Source: Convolutriloba macropyga (lineage: Eukaryota). Taken from it: a stretch of DNA of 64,000 nt. A model generated the notes under the pieces. That model did not search any database and had not been told where the DNA came from. It saw only the letters and a program-made list of their open reading frames with translations. The translations under genes and the position numbers were made by a program. Shown here one piece after another: positions 49,673 to 62,825 of this stretch (position 1 is its first letter; every line of letters begins with the position of its first letter). The stretch spans positions 30,380,001 to 30,444,000 of the forward strand of contig NC_134478.1 in the NCBI RefSeq assembly GCF_964194025.1, written 5' to 3'.

Positions 49673-50906
49673 TTACAAACAAGGGCCACCACAGCTGCCC
49701 TGAACAAACATTATAACCTATTTAAAGCACTCGAAAGCACTCAAAATTCAAGATTAAATGCGTGAAAAAGTCACTCTAGAAGTCAAAGATTATTCTAGAA
49801 AAACGCAAAAATGGTCAAGCAAAAATTTTGCATGGAAAAGACACACGTTTACGATAATTGCTTCTTATTCGAGAGCAATCAATAATAAAGGGCTTCAGTA
49901 AACCTGAAACGATGTCAAGGTTATTTTTTGTCTCATCGTGGAGTTTCAGATAATAATATATTTGGATATAGATTTTTCGCTCTTGACATTCTGACTGACG
50001 AAGTATAATAATTGCGACGCATTTAATTTAATGGTGGATATATGTCGTTATCAAAGTTGGTCGGTGGGCAACTAATTATTTTGGTGACATTCTCAAAGTA
50101 GTCATTACAAATTAAAAAATTATCAATTAGAGGTTGTTTTGTTACGGAGTTCAAAACAACATCATTTTGTCGACTCGTAACTTAATCTTATCCCGACATC
50201 TGGTTTTATAGCTTGGGAATCCCCGATTTGCCCTCTTAATTGAGATTCAAAAGTGAGCGCAAAGGTGATTTGTTTTAAACTTCTGTGCTCACTCAGGAGT
50301 TTAAAATCTAATCGAAAGTAAATAGAGCCCACTTGTTACCTCAAAGACATTACAAATTGAGATTTTGCTTGAAAACGGGATAGATAATCATTTTTTGGTG
50401 AAATTAGTTGTTCACTTAAGTTTTTTCACACTTAATAAATTGCATTAGAGTTGATCTCGTGTCTGTCATATCTTTTGTTTGAGTGTTAGTTTTACTTAAA
50501 TGAAACCGTTTGATCTCATAGGTATAAACCCCGTTTTTGTAAAGACATCTGTCCTTTTAAAAGAATCCATAGAGGTTATATAACAATATAAACTATTCTT
50601 TAAAAGCAATATATCTGTGCAGTAATTGGTAGTCCATTGACATAAGATTGCGGAAAAACGGTTTCGGAACATTAGGTGTCATTGCACATTAGCGAGCAGT
50701 CTTGTTTCAACTGCTCACGTTTCAGTTCAAGAATAATGATGCTCAAGTTGATAAACGCATCTAAACAGCAGATTACCTAACTCAGACACTTGTCCATTGT
50801 AGGCTCAAAGGATAATATATAGCTTCAATAATGCTACAAAATACAGTATTGCAAAAATTATTTTTTGGTGGGTAGCGGGGGTCTATCCCAATATACCAAT
50901 AGCTTA

Positions 50907-53900
50907 GTTGTTGTTGTTGTTGTTGGGGATTCGCAGCGGGTTTGCTGCAGGGCTGATTTATGCCCAGTCGTCAGTTGTTAAAATAAAGTCCATTTATTTC
51001 TGCATACATGGCAGTCGCAAAAGGTTTGCCAAGTGCAGAATCGTTTATTGACAAACTCCCACATTAGGTTTATCAGTCTCTTCTTGAGTCTGTAAGGTCT
51101 ACTGAATTCAATATAATTCTCTAATCGGTTTGCGAGTCTGCAGTTTCGGAAGGTGAATTCACTTCTGGCTTTTCCGTTCTTTTTTTTTGTAGCCGAAAGA
51201 CTTCCTTTGTGCGTCCATTGGCGCTGGTGAGGTCAGGTAGTTCAATGCAGTATGAGCTTTCATTCATGACTTTCGCAAGAAGAAGTAGGTCGTTCACTTG
51301 GAGAAACATAGGTAAGGGGAGAATGTTGAGCAGCCAAAGTTGGCTGATATAATTCACTCCTTTGTTTCCCGTGATCCATTTCACTGCTTTCTTCTGAAAG
51401 CGTTCGTGGTTTTGTAGCTCGTTTCGTGATGGGTTTATGCACGTGAAGCCGTACAGCAAAACGGGTAGGCTTAGTGATTTGTAAAGCCCAAGTTTGATGA
51501 GTGGTTTAACTTGTACTGCGACGTTTTGTCTTGGGAGGTACAGTACTTTGGTAGCTTTCCCGAGTCGCTCTTCTATATGTTTACTCCAGCTCAGGTCATC
51601 TTTGATGAGAATTCCCAAGTCTTTTACTGTATCTGCATTTGCCAAATCTTCACCCATAATATCGAAATTTCGTTTTTTCCCTCGAAATGTTATCTGAGCA
51701 CATTTGTCCAGTGCCAACTTCATCTTGTTTGATCTGACCCACATTGCAATGCTGTCTAGGTCTTCCTGGATGGTCCAATGATCTTTTCCAATCGCGAGGA
51801 TTTTCAGGTCGTCTGCGAAGATGAATGGGTCTGAGAACTTCAGCGCGTCGGGTAAGTCGTTGATGAAGATGCAAAACAGGAGCGGGCCTAGTAGTGAGCC
51901 CTGAGGCACTCCACTAGTAAAGTCTCAAACACCGGAAAATGTATTATCGATTCTGACGAACTGTTTCCGGTTGCTTAGGTAGTCCATGAGAACTTGTAGG
52001 AGACATCCTCCTACCCTAATATATTTGCAACCTTTTTTAATAGCTCGAAATGAGGTACTTTATCGAAGGCTTTCGAGAAGTTCGTGTAGAATGCAATAAC
52101 TTCTGAGTTTGGATCGTTATCGAGTGCGTCTTGGATTTTTTTCAGGAAAATAATCATGTTTGTGAAAACAAACCGATTTTTAACAAATCCATGCTGGTGC
52201 TTTGTCAAGAAAGAGGCAAAGTGGTCGTAAAGAGCCATGTAGATGCATTTTTTCAGGATTTTACTTTCAATGTCCAGTAGGGACAGTGGACGGTAGTTTT
52301 GTACGTAGCGTCTGTCTCCCTTCTTCTGGATTGGGGTCACAGCGGCTGTCTTTAATGTGTCAGGTATCCTTCTTTGCTTCTTTATCACCTTTAGAAGCTT
52401 ATTTAGGACGACCGAAATTTGTCGTGACGTGAAGAAGGCCGGAGGGAGTCCATTTGGGTCCCTGGATTTAGTAATGTCCAATTCGGACACGAAGGAATGT
52501 ATGGTTTTAAACGATATGTTGAAGTTTGTCAATGTAGGCTTTTTCGTTCCGATGTCAGAAAAGCTGAATGGTTGTTTTGGAGAGAAAACTGAATGGAAGA
52601 ACTCGTTTATAATGTCGACTTGTTCGTGGACAATGGTGCTCACTTTATCGCCACTCACGACTTGCATCGGAAGGGTGGGAGATTTATTGAGACTTTTCAG
52701 ATGTTTGAATATAACGTCGGTGTTTCTTGTGGACAGTAAATTCTCCTGGTAGTCTTTCCCTTCTCCCTCTGCTGACTCGGTCACCAAGTTCTCCAGCTTC
52801 ATGACTGCTGCTTTCCGATAACTCGTTGGTTTCCTTTCAAGGAGCCTTTTCTGCGTTTTCAGTCTTTTCATAAGATTTGACGTGAATGCAGAGATCCATC
52901 GAGGGAGGCTTTGGCGATGTCTGGTTCTTCGAGATACATATGTCTCAACCACTTTGTCGACATATTGGTAGAACTTTTCACACATTTTGTTGACGTTTGT
53001 ATGGCAAATAAGTTGGAATGAGTTCTCTTTAAGAAAGTTATTCATTCCATCGTAGTCAGCTTTCCCAAAACTCCTGAGTGATTGGAGTACGGGTTTCGGT
53101 TAAGTTACTGGGCATTCGATCGAAAGATGGATTGCATCGTGATCAGTGTAGTCGTATGTCCTAGGGAAGTACTGATCCTTTTCGGCAAAGAGAAAACAGT
53201 TGCGATAGAAGGCCACTTCAAGGTTGTTATTTGAACAGGTCGGAAAGTCAATGGCTTGTCTGAACAGAGCTTCGTCTAAGATTTCGATGATTTCGATTTC
53301 TTCTTCATTAGAGCTGCTCGTTGTTTTCCAGTTTGCATCCGGGAAATTCAGGTCGCCACAGATTAGGACCGGTTTTGACTTTGGGATGGTTTTCAGGAGT
53401 TTTTGGAAATCGTTGATATTATATCGTATGCACTGCCTTTTGGTGGGTTTTAGATTGAACAGATTATCACTTCAGATCTGTCTAGTTGAAGTTTGCAGGC
53501 TAGGCATGAGTCGGGAAGATCCGCATTGATCTTCTCAGAGTTTAGAGAGTTTTTCCACTTCTATGAGGCTACCGCCGTGGGCAATTTTATCTCCCAAGAG
53601 TGTACGGTCGCTTCAATATATGTTGTAGTCATTTATATGTAGTTCGGGGTCGCTGATCAATTCGTTCAGCCAGGTTTTGCAGAGACATATGACAGTGTAG
53701 TCCGCTATTTGGACTGCATTGGCAAGTTTTGCTCTTCGTTCGATGTTTACTTCGTGTGTTGAGGAAGAATGTTGAGGAAACCTAGTCATGTAGACTCGGT
53801 TTTCTCAGATTCTAAGTGAACTTTCTTCCCGTCATTAAACAGCTCCAAATTTCGAATTCGCAACTTCTCTCGAGGAACGTCTTGATCGAGTAGTTGACGT

Positions 53901-55470
53901 CTTGTTTTCAGAATGAGGTTTTCCTTCATTGCATCTTCTCGCGAGAGAGCAGGCAGGAAGTAAATGTTTCGCTTAGTGAGATCTTCCCTGTGTTCATGAC
54001 TTTTCGCCACGGTCAGGCGTGCATGATGTTCGTTCGCTACCATGACCAGAAGGGGTCTAGGTTTCTTTCGCTCGGGTTCGAATTTGCCAAGTCTTTTGAA
54101 CTCGAGAACATGTGGTTCAGCTCCAATCGTAAACAGTATTTCGTTCAGTTCAGAGTTCGTTGGGACAAAATTTTTGGATTTAGATTTCGATGGGTCTTCT
54201 TTTAACCCTTGGATTCTGAAACTTGGGTTGATATTGTGATTTGACTTTTGGGCCTCCGCATTTTGTGCTCTTTTGGTTTTCCCGCTCGTGGTTTTGTCCA
54301 CGGCGACGACAGCTGCGTATTTTTTCTCCCCTTTGTCGCAAGTGGTCGTCATTGCTTCTCCAATTTTAGAATCGACTAGTTCCGTTAGTCGCTTTTCCAT
54401 GTTCGTTAACTTCTCACCTACGTCAAGGCTTTCCAGTTTCTCAGAGACACTTTCTAGCGCGCGTCCTCTGATGAAATTATCTCACTCGTTGTTTTCTATG
54501 CAGGTGTTGCACAGTAGCATCGCATTCATTCCCAATTCTATTATTCCATTAATAGCAGCAGGTGAAAGGGCGGTACATTCAGTGGTTAGATGCATGTGGG
54601 TGTTACAAGATACGCAGAAGTAAGTTTTCTCTTGGTTCGGTATACCTCGCTTGCATGTTTTGCAGTTTCTACCCATGACGTGAGATGTTCTATTTCAGTT
54701 GCTAGGTTCATTTTGATGTGTACCAATAAAATTAATTACTAGGTACTTACAAAAAAAACTTAGAACTGACGACTGGTATGAAGTTGTAGACTGGTTTTGA
54801 TCAGTGCCAAGGAACTTAATCACTAGGACCTCACAAAACCAGGAACAACTTCAAAAATGAAGCACTTACTTAGTACTTCTTCGCTTGCTCTTTCTTCTTC
54901 CTTCGTTGGGATTGCGACGGGCTTTGTCGTTTCTTGTTGATTGCTGACAAATTGCTGTCGTGTTTCTCGACAATAGAGCGGGTTTTAATTCCAAGGACTG
55001 GTTTTTGATGGAGTTTTCTGTATTCGGTTATCAGTTGTCGATCTTTCTGTTTTTGTCTCGACAGAAGGTCACGAACGACGTTTAGGGTGGGAATTTCTGT
55101 TGCCTTTAGCTCCTTGTAAACGTTGGGAGCTCCCGCTTGTTCACAAAAAACTATTCCAACAACTTTTCAATTTAACTTCTTTATTTTGGTGACTAGCTGT
55201 TCCGCAGTTAGGGGGCTTCTGGGGTCAGACTTCGGATTGGTCGTGGAGTTGTTTATCAAATCGTGCCAGAGGACGACTTCCGCCGATTTGGGAAGTCGAT
55301 TGATTTGATGAGAAACAATCTTCAACTTATCTTTCGCTTGAGGATGCAGGTTTTAGCCACACTTCGTGATGACTTCTGGAAGTTGTCGTCTCTCTCGGAT
55401 ATTTCTTCCCAGGGCTAGCTCCAAAGATATATACCATTTAGAAAGGGCTACCACGGCTGCCCTGATGAGA
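50907..55470 (-). mobile_element. LINE copy 2 (related family), near full length, degenerate
   Basis: (AAC)n tail 50907-50925; ORF2 50978-53785 (FSKAFDKV, PQGSLLGP, FADD, CTWQTFCDCHVC); ORF1 53786-54676 (PHD); ORF0 remnant ~54870-55437. Confidence 0.92.
54870..55437 (-). pseudogene. LINE copy 2 ORF0 remnant
   Basis: MVYIFGAS.., VVLWHDLINNS, KVVGIVFC..GAPNVYKELK, DLLSRQKQKD, KLH and basic tail; colinear with copy 1 ORF0, with stops. Confidence 0.8.
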
Positions 55471-55500
55471 CATTTAACCTGAAACTATTTAATAATATTA

Positions 55501-55688
55501 AGTGGTAATATAACGTTCAGCCTGAACTCTAGTGGTAATATAACGTTCAGCCTGAACCCCCATCATGGTCAACTTACCATAACGGGGCTTCACTTTCGTG
55601 GCGTGGGCATAACTGTAAAGACCCTGATTGCCTCTAGTCGCTCGATGCTGTCTACGATGGGAAAGACCACCCCAACAACAAACAAACA
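55501..55688 (+). mobile_element. Short retroposed fragment (SINE or heavily truncated LINE) with a 30-bp tandem duplication and LINE-type tail
   Basis: AGTGGTAATATAACGTTCAGCCTGAAC twice; TGGGCATAA..CCCTG and terminal CCCCAACAACAAACAAACA resemble the LINE 3' ends. Confidence 0.4.
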
Positions 55689-55699
55689 CAAGTAATTTG

Positions 55700-56380
55700 C
55701 CCAAAAAAATCTCGGAGTCGTAATGTCTCGAAATCTCTCTTGGAGCGCAAACTGCCAACGTAGAACCAAAGCGTGGAAAGCCTTCTACACACTCAAACGA
55801 AATGTTTCGAGCAGAACCTCAATGGAAACGAAACTGAACGTGTACATAGGATACGTAGTACCCGTACTCACTTACGCCTCCCAAGTCTGGTACCCTTCGA
55901 AGACGGACATGAAATCGATCGAGAATATCCAGCACAAGGCCACGAAGTGGATATGCGGTGGAAAGGACGAATACAATCAAAGACTCGAAACACTGAAAAT
56001 GCTCCCACTCTCCATGTACATGGAAATGCACGACGTCCTCTATCTCCTTTCAATCCTAGAAGGCAATTATTACGTCCCCGAAGACAAACTGCCAAAGCGA
56101 AACGAAAATAAAAACAAGACAAAAGCAGGAATTTGAACTCCCCAAACACCGACTACAGAAATCAGAAATTCAGAGCCGCAAAGGTATACAACCTCATCAG
56201 AAGAACAACGGAGAAGCCAATGACGAAGAAATTTCTGACACAGATGTACCAAAACTACTTCCACAGAAGCTACAACGAACTCGACAGCTGCACCAGGAGA
56301 CTTCTATGCAACTGTGAAATCTGCAATCCAATGAAAAAACTCGTGCCAAACGAAAACTGAAGGGTTCTACACCCATGGGC
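55700..56380 (+). mobile_element. 5'-truncated LINE (ORF2 C-terminus + start of 3' UTR), runs into a gap
   Basis: VVPVLTYASQVW..IENIQHKATKWI..LKMLPL..HDVL; C-terminal CNCEIC; 3' hairpin GGGT-TCTAC-ACCC. Confidence 0.85.
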
Positions 56381-56521
56381 NNNNNNNNNNNNNNNNNNNN
56401 NNNNNNNNNNNNNNNNNNNNNNNNNNNNNNNNNNNNNNNNNNNNNNNNNNNNNNNNNNNNNNNNNNNNNNNNNNNNNNNNNNNNNNNNNNNNNNNNNNNN
56501 NNNNNNNNNNNNNNNNNNNNN
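56381..56521. other. Assembly gap
   Basis: N run. Confidence 1.
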
Positions 56522-56699
56522 TAATCCAGAAAATCTTTTCAGTAGAGAAAGAAAATTAACAAGAGCAAGTTTTGGCCAAAACAGCTTTCTGGACTGTGAT
56601 GGCATCTGTCTCCTTGCTTACTGTTAAGAATTGTTGTTTGGAAGCCCTAAATCTGAGTATTAAAGTAGCTTTAAATTAACTTCCTGACACTGGTCAACA

Positions 56700-59600
56700 G
56701 CAAGCGCATCATATGCAAATTACAAAAAGGGACGTTTTTTCATGTTCGCGCAACCATACGCATAAAAAACATCTTCATTGTAATATCAATCAGAGCATAC
56801 GAGTTATGGCAAGTTCATCCGGAGTCAAGAACAGAACTCCTGATTTTAAATACTGTTCTGAGAAACGGTCACAACCTGCTACAACTCGTCAAAAAGGTTC
56901 ACAGAAGCCAAACAAAAGGCAGAAGGATAGGATCAAGAAACGTCAACTCGCCGAATCGGAACCCTAACTGTAAGTTTTATTTATTAATGAATCCGAAGGT
57001 TTACCTCGTAACTGCAAAAGTATTCAGTTTTTTGGAAAAAACTGAATACTTCTGTTCTCTCTCTCAAAGTTCACTTATCTAGTGAATCCGGAGGCATCGT
57101 CTCGGAATCGCAGAGCACTGAACACAAATGAGAGACCAATTGTCCCCCTACTCGCCATCCCGTCTCGCATCCATATACAAAAAATGCCACCACGCGAAAC
57201 TATCTGCTCAGGCTGTGACTGCGAAATCAGCAACAGGGAAGCTGTTTTCAATTGCATTGGGCGCAGAAACTCAATGCATACGAAACCCGATTGTGTGGGA
57301 ATCTGCGAAAAAGCCATCTTTGGTTTAATGGAAATTAGTCAAAATCTTCTGAAATTCTGCAACATTTGTGTCAGATATAATCAAAAATACAAGACCCTCT
57401 ATAAAACTGTCAGCAACCAAGATCCTGTGGGAGCCGACACCTTCGCTGAAAAAGTGAAACAGGGTATGGAGTCAATCGAAGAAAAACGCAGAGAGAAGAT
57501 AAGCTGTTCTTAGCGTTGTCGATGAAATTAGGGAAAAGCTGCCTGCCTTTGGATCGGAAATGAAGAAGACACCGGTTGCAGAAGAAGTCCCTCACATGAA
57601 ACAGAAAGAGGTTGTCAAAAAGCCAACCGCTAAGGAATTGTTCGACGGCATTCGACTCAGTGGAATCCCGGAATCGGAATCAGAAAACGCAAGAAAGAGA
57701 CTGGAACACGACTCATAAGAAGAAAAAGCTCTCCTAAGCTTTCTTCAACAGGACTGCCCAATCACTGATCTGGTGGGAAAAGGTACTTTTGACAAAGAGG
57801 AAACAATAAACCCTTATTATCAAACGGACAAATGAACAACAAAAGAGACCTGTCTTACTTTCAGCTCGAAAGCCAGCTACCTACGAACATAAGGTCTATT
57901 TGAGCCGGGAGCCGAGCCAGGAGGAACAACTTCTAGAGAATGCCGCATTGAAAATGAAACGTCAGCTGCTGGACAAAGGAAAGCAACCCATCGTGCTACG
58001 AATACGAAACTTGCAGTTGCAAGAAAAAAGGCACTGAGTGGAAAATTGTAGAAATCGAAGAGGGCACCAGCTCCCAATGACTACGATCAACACAGACAAA
58101 ACAACCTACTCACGTTCAACAACAGAAGCCTAGTTGACTTTAAGTTGAAGCCTAGTAAACCCGATGATGACCTATTTCGTCCCAATTTTGTAATCTACAG
58201 GAAAAACAAGCGCAGCGACAACAACCACAAACGTGGTGGTGTCTTAATAGCAGTAAAAAATCACATAAACAGCAGTATTTTTAAATTGGAGTCCGACGCG
58301 GAAAGTATTACTGTTAACCTCAACACCGTGACTGGGTCAGTCTTGATCAACTGCACCTAAAATCCCCTCGAAAACAGTTTTATCGTTTTTCGTTTAACTG
58401 CCTCAAAACTTTCCTTAAAAAACGCAACGAGCAAAATGTGACTGCTTCGGCAATTACCGGGGACATCATTTTCCAACATACGAATTGGGAAAGTTTGACA
58501 TCAGAAAACACTAATGAAACGACCATACTTGACTTCCTAGAACATTCCAACTTTGAACAAATTCTCCCATGCCAAAATTCACGTAGTCTCGACGTTCTAC
58601 TAACGCAAGATGGTGAACGGACGGAACACTCGGCTATCGACAAAAAATTGGAAGGATTCTACTCCTTGTCTGATCATCATCTGTTGAAGACAAAAATGCG
58701 GGACTACTGCTAAATTTTATTTCACCTTACACAAAATAGAATAGAACTCCATTAACAAGCTGATTGACGAAATTGATTTCAACCCCTACTGCTATAGTAA
58801 TGTTGATGAGCTCGTGCGACAGTGGTATGTCTGGATACGCGAAATAATCGACAAATGTGTCCCTCGCATAACTAAGCGTAGATCAACTCTTTCCGCGTGG
58901 ATCTCGCCAAGCACATCTCATCACATGAAAGTTTTAGTGACGACCAAGAAAAATTATGAAGACAAACCAAACCTTCCTTTTCTGTTAAAAACTAAACGCA
59001 AAGAAACAGCACTGAAAACTGAGATTGAAAATGAACCAGCCTGTTTTGAAGAAAATTTCTTTCGCAGCAGGTGAAAGTCAGATATACAGAAATATCTCAA
59101 GTCCCTACACAAAATCAAAGTACTCCCTCAAGATATATATCTCGCAATTGTTGATGATCATAACCAAATCAAAGTCGCCTGCACATCTGGAGATCAAAAA
59201 AAGTGAACTATTCAATAATTTCTTTTCCAACGTTCTCAACGTGGAAGGTCAAATGTCTCTGGACCCAGTGTACAAGAAAAAAAAACTAATTTTTATCAAA
59301 CTCTCGGAGGATGAAATCAAGGAAGCTATTTCAAATCTGGATGCAGACAAAATTTGTGGACCAGATAATTTTTGTAACAGCTTCCTGAAAAAACTCTTGA
59401 ACCTCTCAAAAACGCTTCTCCTTGTCTTTCAAGCGTGAACCAACAAAGGATCTTTCCCATCCCAATAGAAAATTATCGAAGTGACACCCATCTATAAGGA
59501 GAATGACAAAACCGATAAAAGTCAGTACAAGCCGATTCGCCTGCTCACAAACGTGTCCAAAGCTTTTGAAAGAGTCATTTTCCAGCACTTGTATCCAATC

Positions 59601-60843
59601 ATTGAAGCACAGCTTGATAAAAGACAATTTGGTTTTCGACAGAGACGCTCGGCAGTTCTGCAGCTCCTTCTGTACATAGAAGAAGTGGATGAAGTCTTTG
59701 ACGCAGCAAAGAGTGAACGCATATATGCCCTCTATGTGGAATTCAAAAAAACTTTCGACAAAGTTGCCCATGAAAACCACTCGAAAAGCTACAAGAACTC
59801 AGCCTTGTTGGAAAACTGTTCAATCTTTTAAGCACCTACGTTATAGAACATAAACAATGTGCCAAGGTAGACAACTACAGGTCAAGTTTTAGGAATGTGA
59901 CCAGTGGTGCTTCCCAAGGGCTCATCCTAGGGCCTCTCCTCCTCCTTGCCTACGTTAACAACGTTTTCAGAGCCGTTGATAATTACTCACGGTATGGCTA
60001 TGCTGACGACTTTAAAGTCATCATGGAGAGCAGAACTGACGCAAATTGGCTTGTTGAAAAGGTTCAAATCTGGAGTAAAGACAACCACATGTCCACTAAC
60101 GTCAAGAAAAGCAAAATTTTTTGTCTGAAAGGAAGCTTCTCATGCGAATTCGGCGATTCACTCGAAATGGTGCCGCAACAAAAAGACCCTGGAGTAATCC
60201 AATCTAGAAATCTCTCCTATAGTGATAATTGCTCTCGAAAAATAACCAAGGCCTGGCAATCCTTTTGGTTATTGAAAAGAAACTGTTGACTTAAAGCCAA
60301 TCCCGTCACAAAACTGAATGCGTACGATGATTACGTAATTGCCTGTTTTGACCTACAATTCTCAGGTCTGGTAAGCAAAACCGCTGCATGGATATGCGGA
60401 AAAGATGCCGACTACAAACAGCGACTACTAAAACTCAAGATACTGCCTGTATCGTTGTATGTCGAACTTCACGATATTCTACTCTTCAACACAATATGCC
60501 AAGACAAAAATGCTTTATATTCGAACGCTTAACCTAAATCCAGATCAACAGAAATTTGGCAAAACTGAATCTCAGAAGGTCCTTTTAACAGGTTGAAGAA
60601 GACCGATACAATTTTTTGGACACGGACTGCGCGACTTATGAACATCTTAAACTAGCACATATGTGAGAATGAGTTAAAAAATCAAGACTAACTAAGATGT
60701 ATCACGAATTCTTTGATAGGAGCTACGATGAGATGGAACTCTTTACCTCGCGAAATCTCTGTCTCTCTGTGGCTCCTGTAACTCTGCCAAGAAAATCGTG
60801 CCAGCTGAAAACTGAAGGGTGAAATTTCACCCCTGGTCTTGTC
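56700..60843 (+). mobile_element. LINE copy 3 (more distant family), heavily degenerate; ORF0 remnant, ORF1 57184-58080, ORF2 58081-~60815
   Basis: PHD CSGC..C..H..C..CNIC; GIRLSGIPES; RGGVLIAVK, LSDH, QFGFRQRRS, FKKTFDKV, SGASQGLILGP, YADD. Confidence 0.9.
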
Positions 60844-61007
60844 NNNNNNNNNNNNNNNNNNNNNNNNNNNNNNNNNNNNNNNNNNNNNNNNNNNNNNNNN
60901 NNNNNNNNNNNNNNNNNNNNNNNNNNNNNNNNNNNNNNNNNNNNNNNNNNNNNNNNNNNNNNNNNNNNNNNNNNNNNNNNNNNNNNNNNNNNNNNNNNNN
61001 NNNNNNN
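60844..61007. other. Assembly gap
   Basis: N run. Confidence 1.
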
Positions 61008-62825
61008 TGGGGTAAGCGATCCGCGGATTACGGTTTTGCTCGGAGATTTCCCATTTCTGTTCCCAGGGCTCAGATAAAGCTTGTTTTCGTTAGCCAAGAT
61101 GTTAATCTAGCCAAAACTAAAAATGGCCCCCTTTGAAAAGCATTTCTTTGGTTTTTATTAGGTTTCAAAAAATTAATTAATTTTTGAAAAAACTGCACTT
61201 TTCTCTCAATTTTACATAAATAAAGTTACTTTTTCTCATCGTAGATTGATAGTCACGCTTGAGAGCTTTCCGGAACAATTTTTTTAATCATTCTAGCTCT
61301 CTTATTTGTTGTTTTATTGACCGAGCGGAGTAGGGTGACTTCCGCGGCCAAACAGTAAGGGAAATTGAAAACTCTGTTTCTTCATCAAAAATTAATATTT
61401 TTGATTTTTTCTTTCAATTTCGGTGCTGTATGACTAAGTTCTGGCATTTTTGGTCTTGTAGTGCAGTTGCGTTTAGTGCCTGGAAACGACCTAATTTTTA
61501 TGTCATAAAATGAGAGTGACCCAAACGAGTGACCACTGAACTGCAAGAAAAGTGGAATGAGGCAAAAACTCAAAAATGAGTCCTGGAGTCTGAAATTTCG
61601 CATGTCGACTAAAAATAGTCATACAAGACAGGTAACTTTTTGCTGGATTCTAATATCTATTAAAAACCGAAAAAAAAGTTTTTAAAATTCTCGACTTGAA
61701 TTTGGGTACGAATTTTTTATAATTTTTGGCCGGATGCGAATATCTGGAAGACGGCTAATTTTAATGAGCTCAGCAAAATATTTATGGAACCTCAATTTCA
61801 GAACGCTATCCGGGTTTAAAAGGGCCGATTTTTCGATTCAAATAGCATAAGAAAAAATGAACAACTATTTCGAACACCAGAAGCAATTTCCGACGAGACG
61901 CAGCAAAAATAAGGCCATTCGAAATTTATGCTACTGAGGATTAGGCTTCAAAATGTTTTGAAATAAACATGTTAAGAGTCAGCGATCTCGATATTTTCAG
62001 CTCCCAAATCTAAAAATAGAGTTCTGAAATTTATGTCAAACTCTTGTCAAGCAGCAGAAAATTATTAAAGTTGATAGGTCGTTTTTGCAACTTTTTTTTT
62101 CTTTCTAATGTTTTCAGTTTGCTTGTTGGGTCACAAGGCTTACCGAAAACAATTTTTATACACAACTTTTCACTAAAAAAACCGTTTTGTTGTTGTTTTC
62201 AGTTGATTTTGATTTTTTGTGAAAAACTTGAATTTGGGTACATCGCAGTTTGTTGAAGTCAAACTGAAGAAGATGAGATCCATTGAAGGAGAACAACATA
62301 AACAAAAATGATCATTTTCATGCAAGAAAGTTTTTCAGTACCTTTGCAATATGGTTGTTTTCCCCCAGTTTATTTTTTGAAGCAGAAAGAACAATAACTT
62401 CGAAAAAAAAAGGAAGCAAAAAAATCTGAAACAAAAAAAAATAAGAGTTCAAGGTACAGAAAAACGAATTTGAGAACGGTTTCTGATGTCATTTCTGGAA
62501 CACTGTTTATTGTTACAATTCAGTTTTATGGAGAAAAAAAGACTTACGTTGATGAAACTGCACATATCTTAATAATACAAGGGGAAATCTTTGAAAAACC
62601 AAAAAACTAGAATTTGGGTTCGAAAAATAAATGCCAAAGTGGCCCTATTGGTCTGGTCGCCAGGTTTTTCTATTAAACATAAAAATAATTGTCATACCAA
62701 TTCCTCGAACTCATCATGGATGTTCGTACGGAAAAATCCAGCCTAAATTATTTAAAGACATTAAAAATTAGCCCAAAATTTTGGTATGAGTAGAAAGCTT
62801 TTGAGTGCTTTCAAATTTTTTTCGA

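Larger units (their letters stand above)
44990..49710 (-). mobile_element. LINE copy 1 (CR1/L2-group non-LTR retrotransposon), near full length, three ORFs
   Basis: ORF0, PHD ORF1, APE-RT ORF2, structured 3' UTR and (AAC)n tail at 44990-45002; several frameshifts/stops; no TSD found; 5' limit approximate. Confidence 0.93.

Noticed and set aside
44975-49800. Target-site duplications for LINE copies 1 and 2
   Set aside because: No matching direct repeats were found by eye at the two ends.
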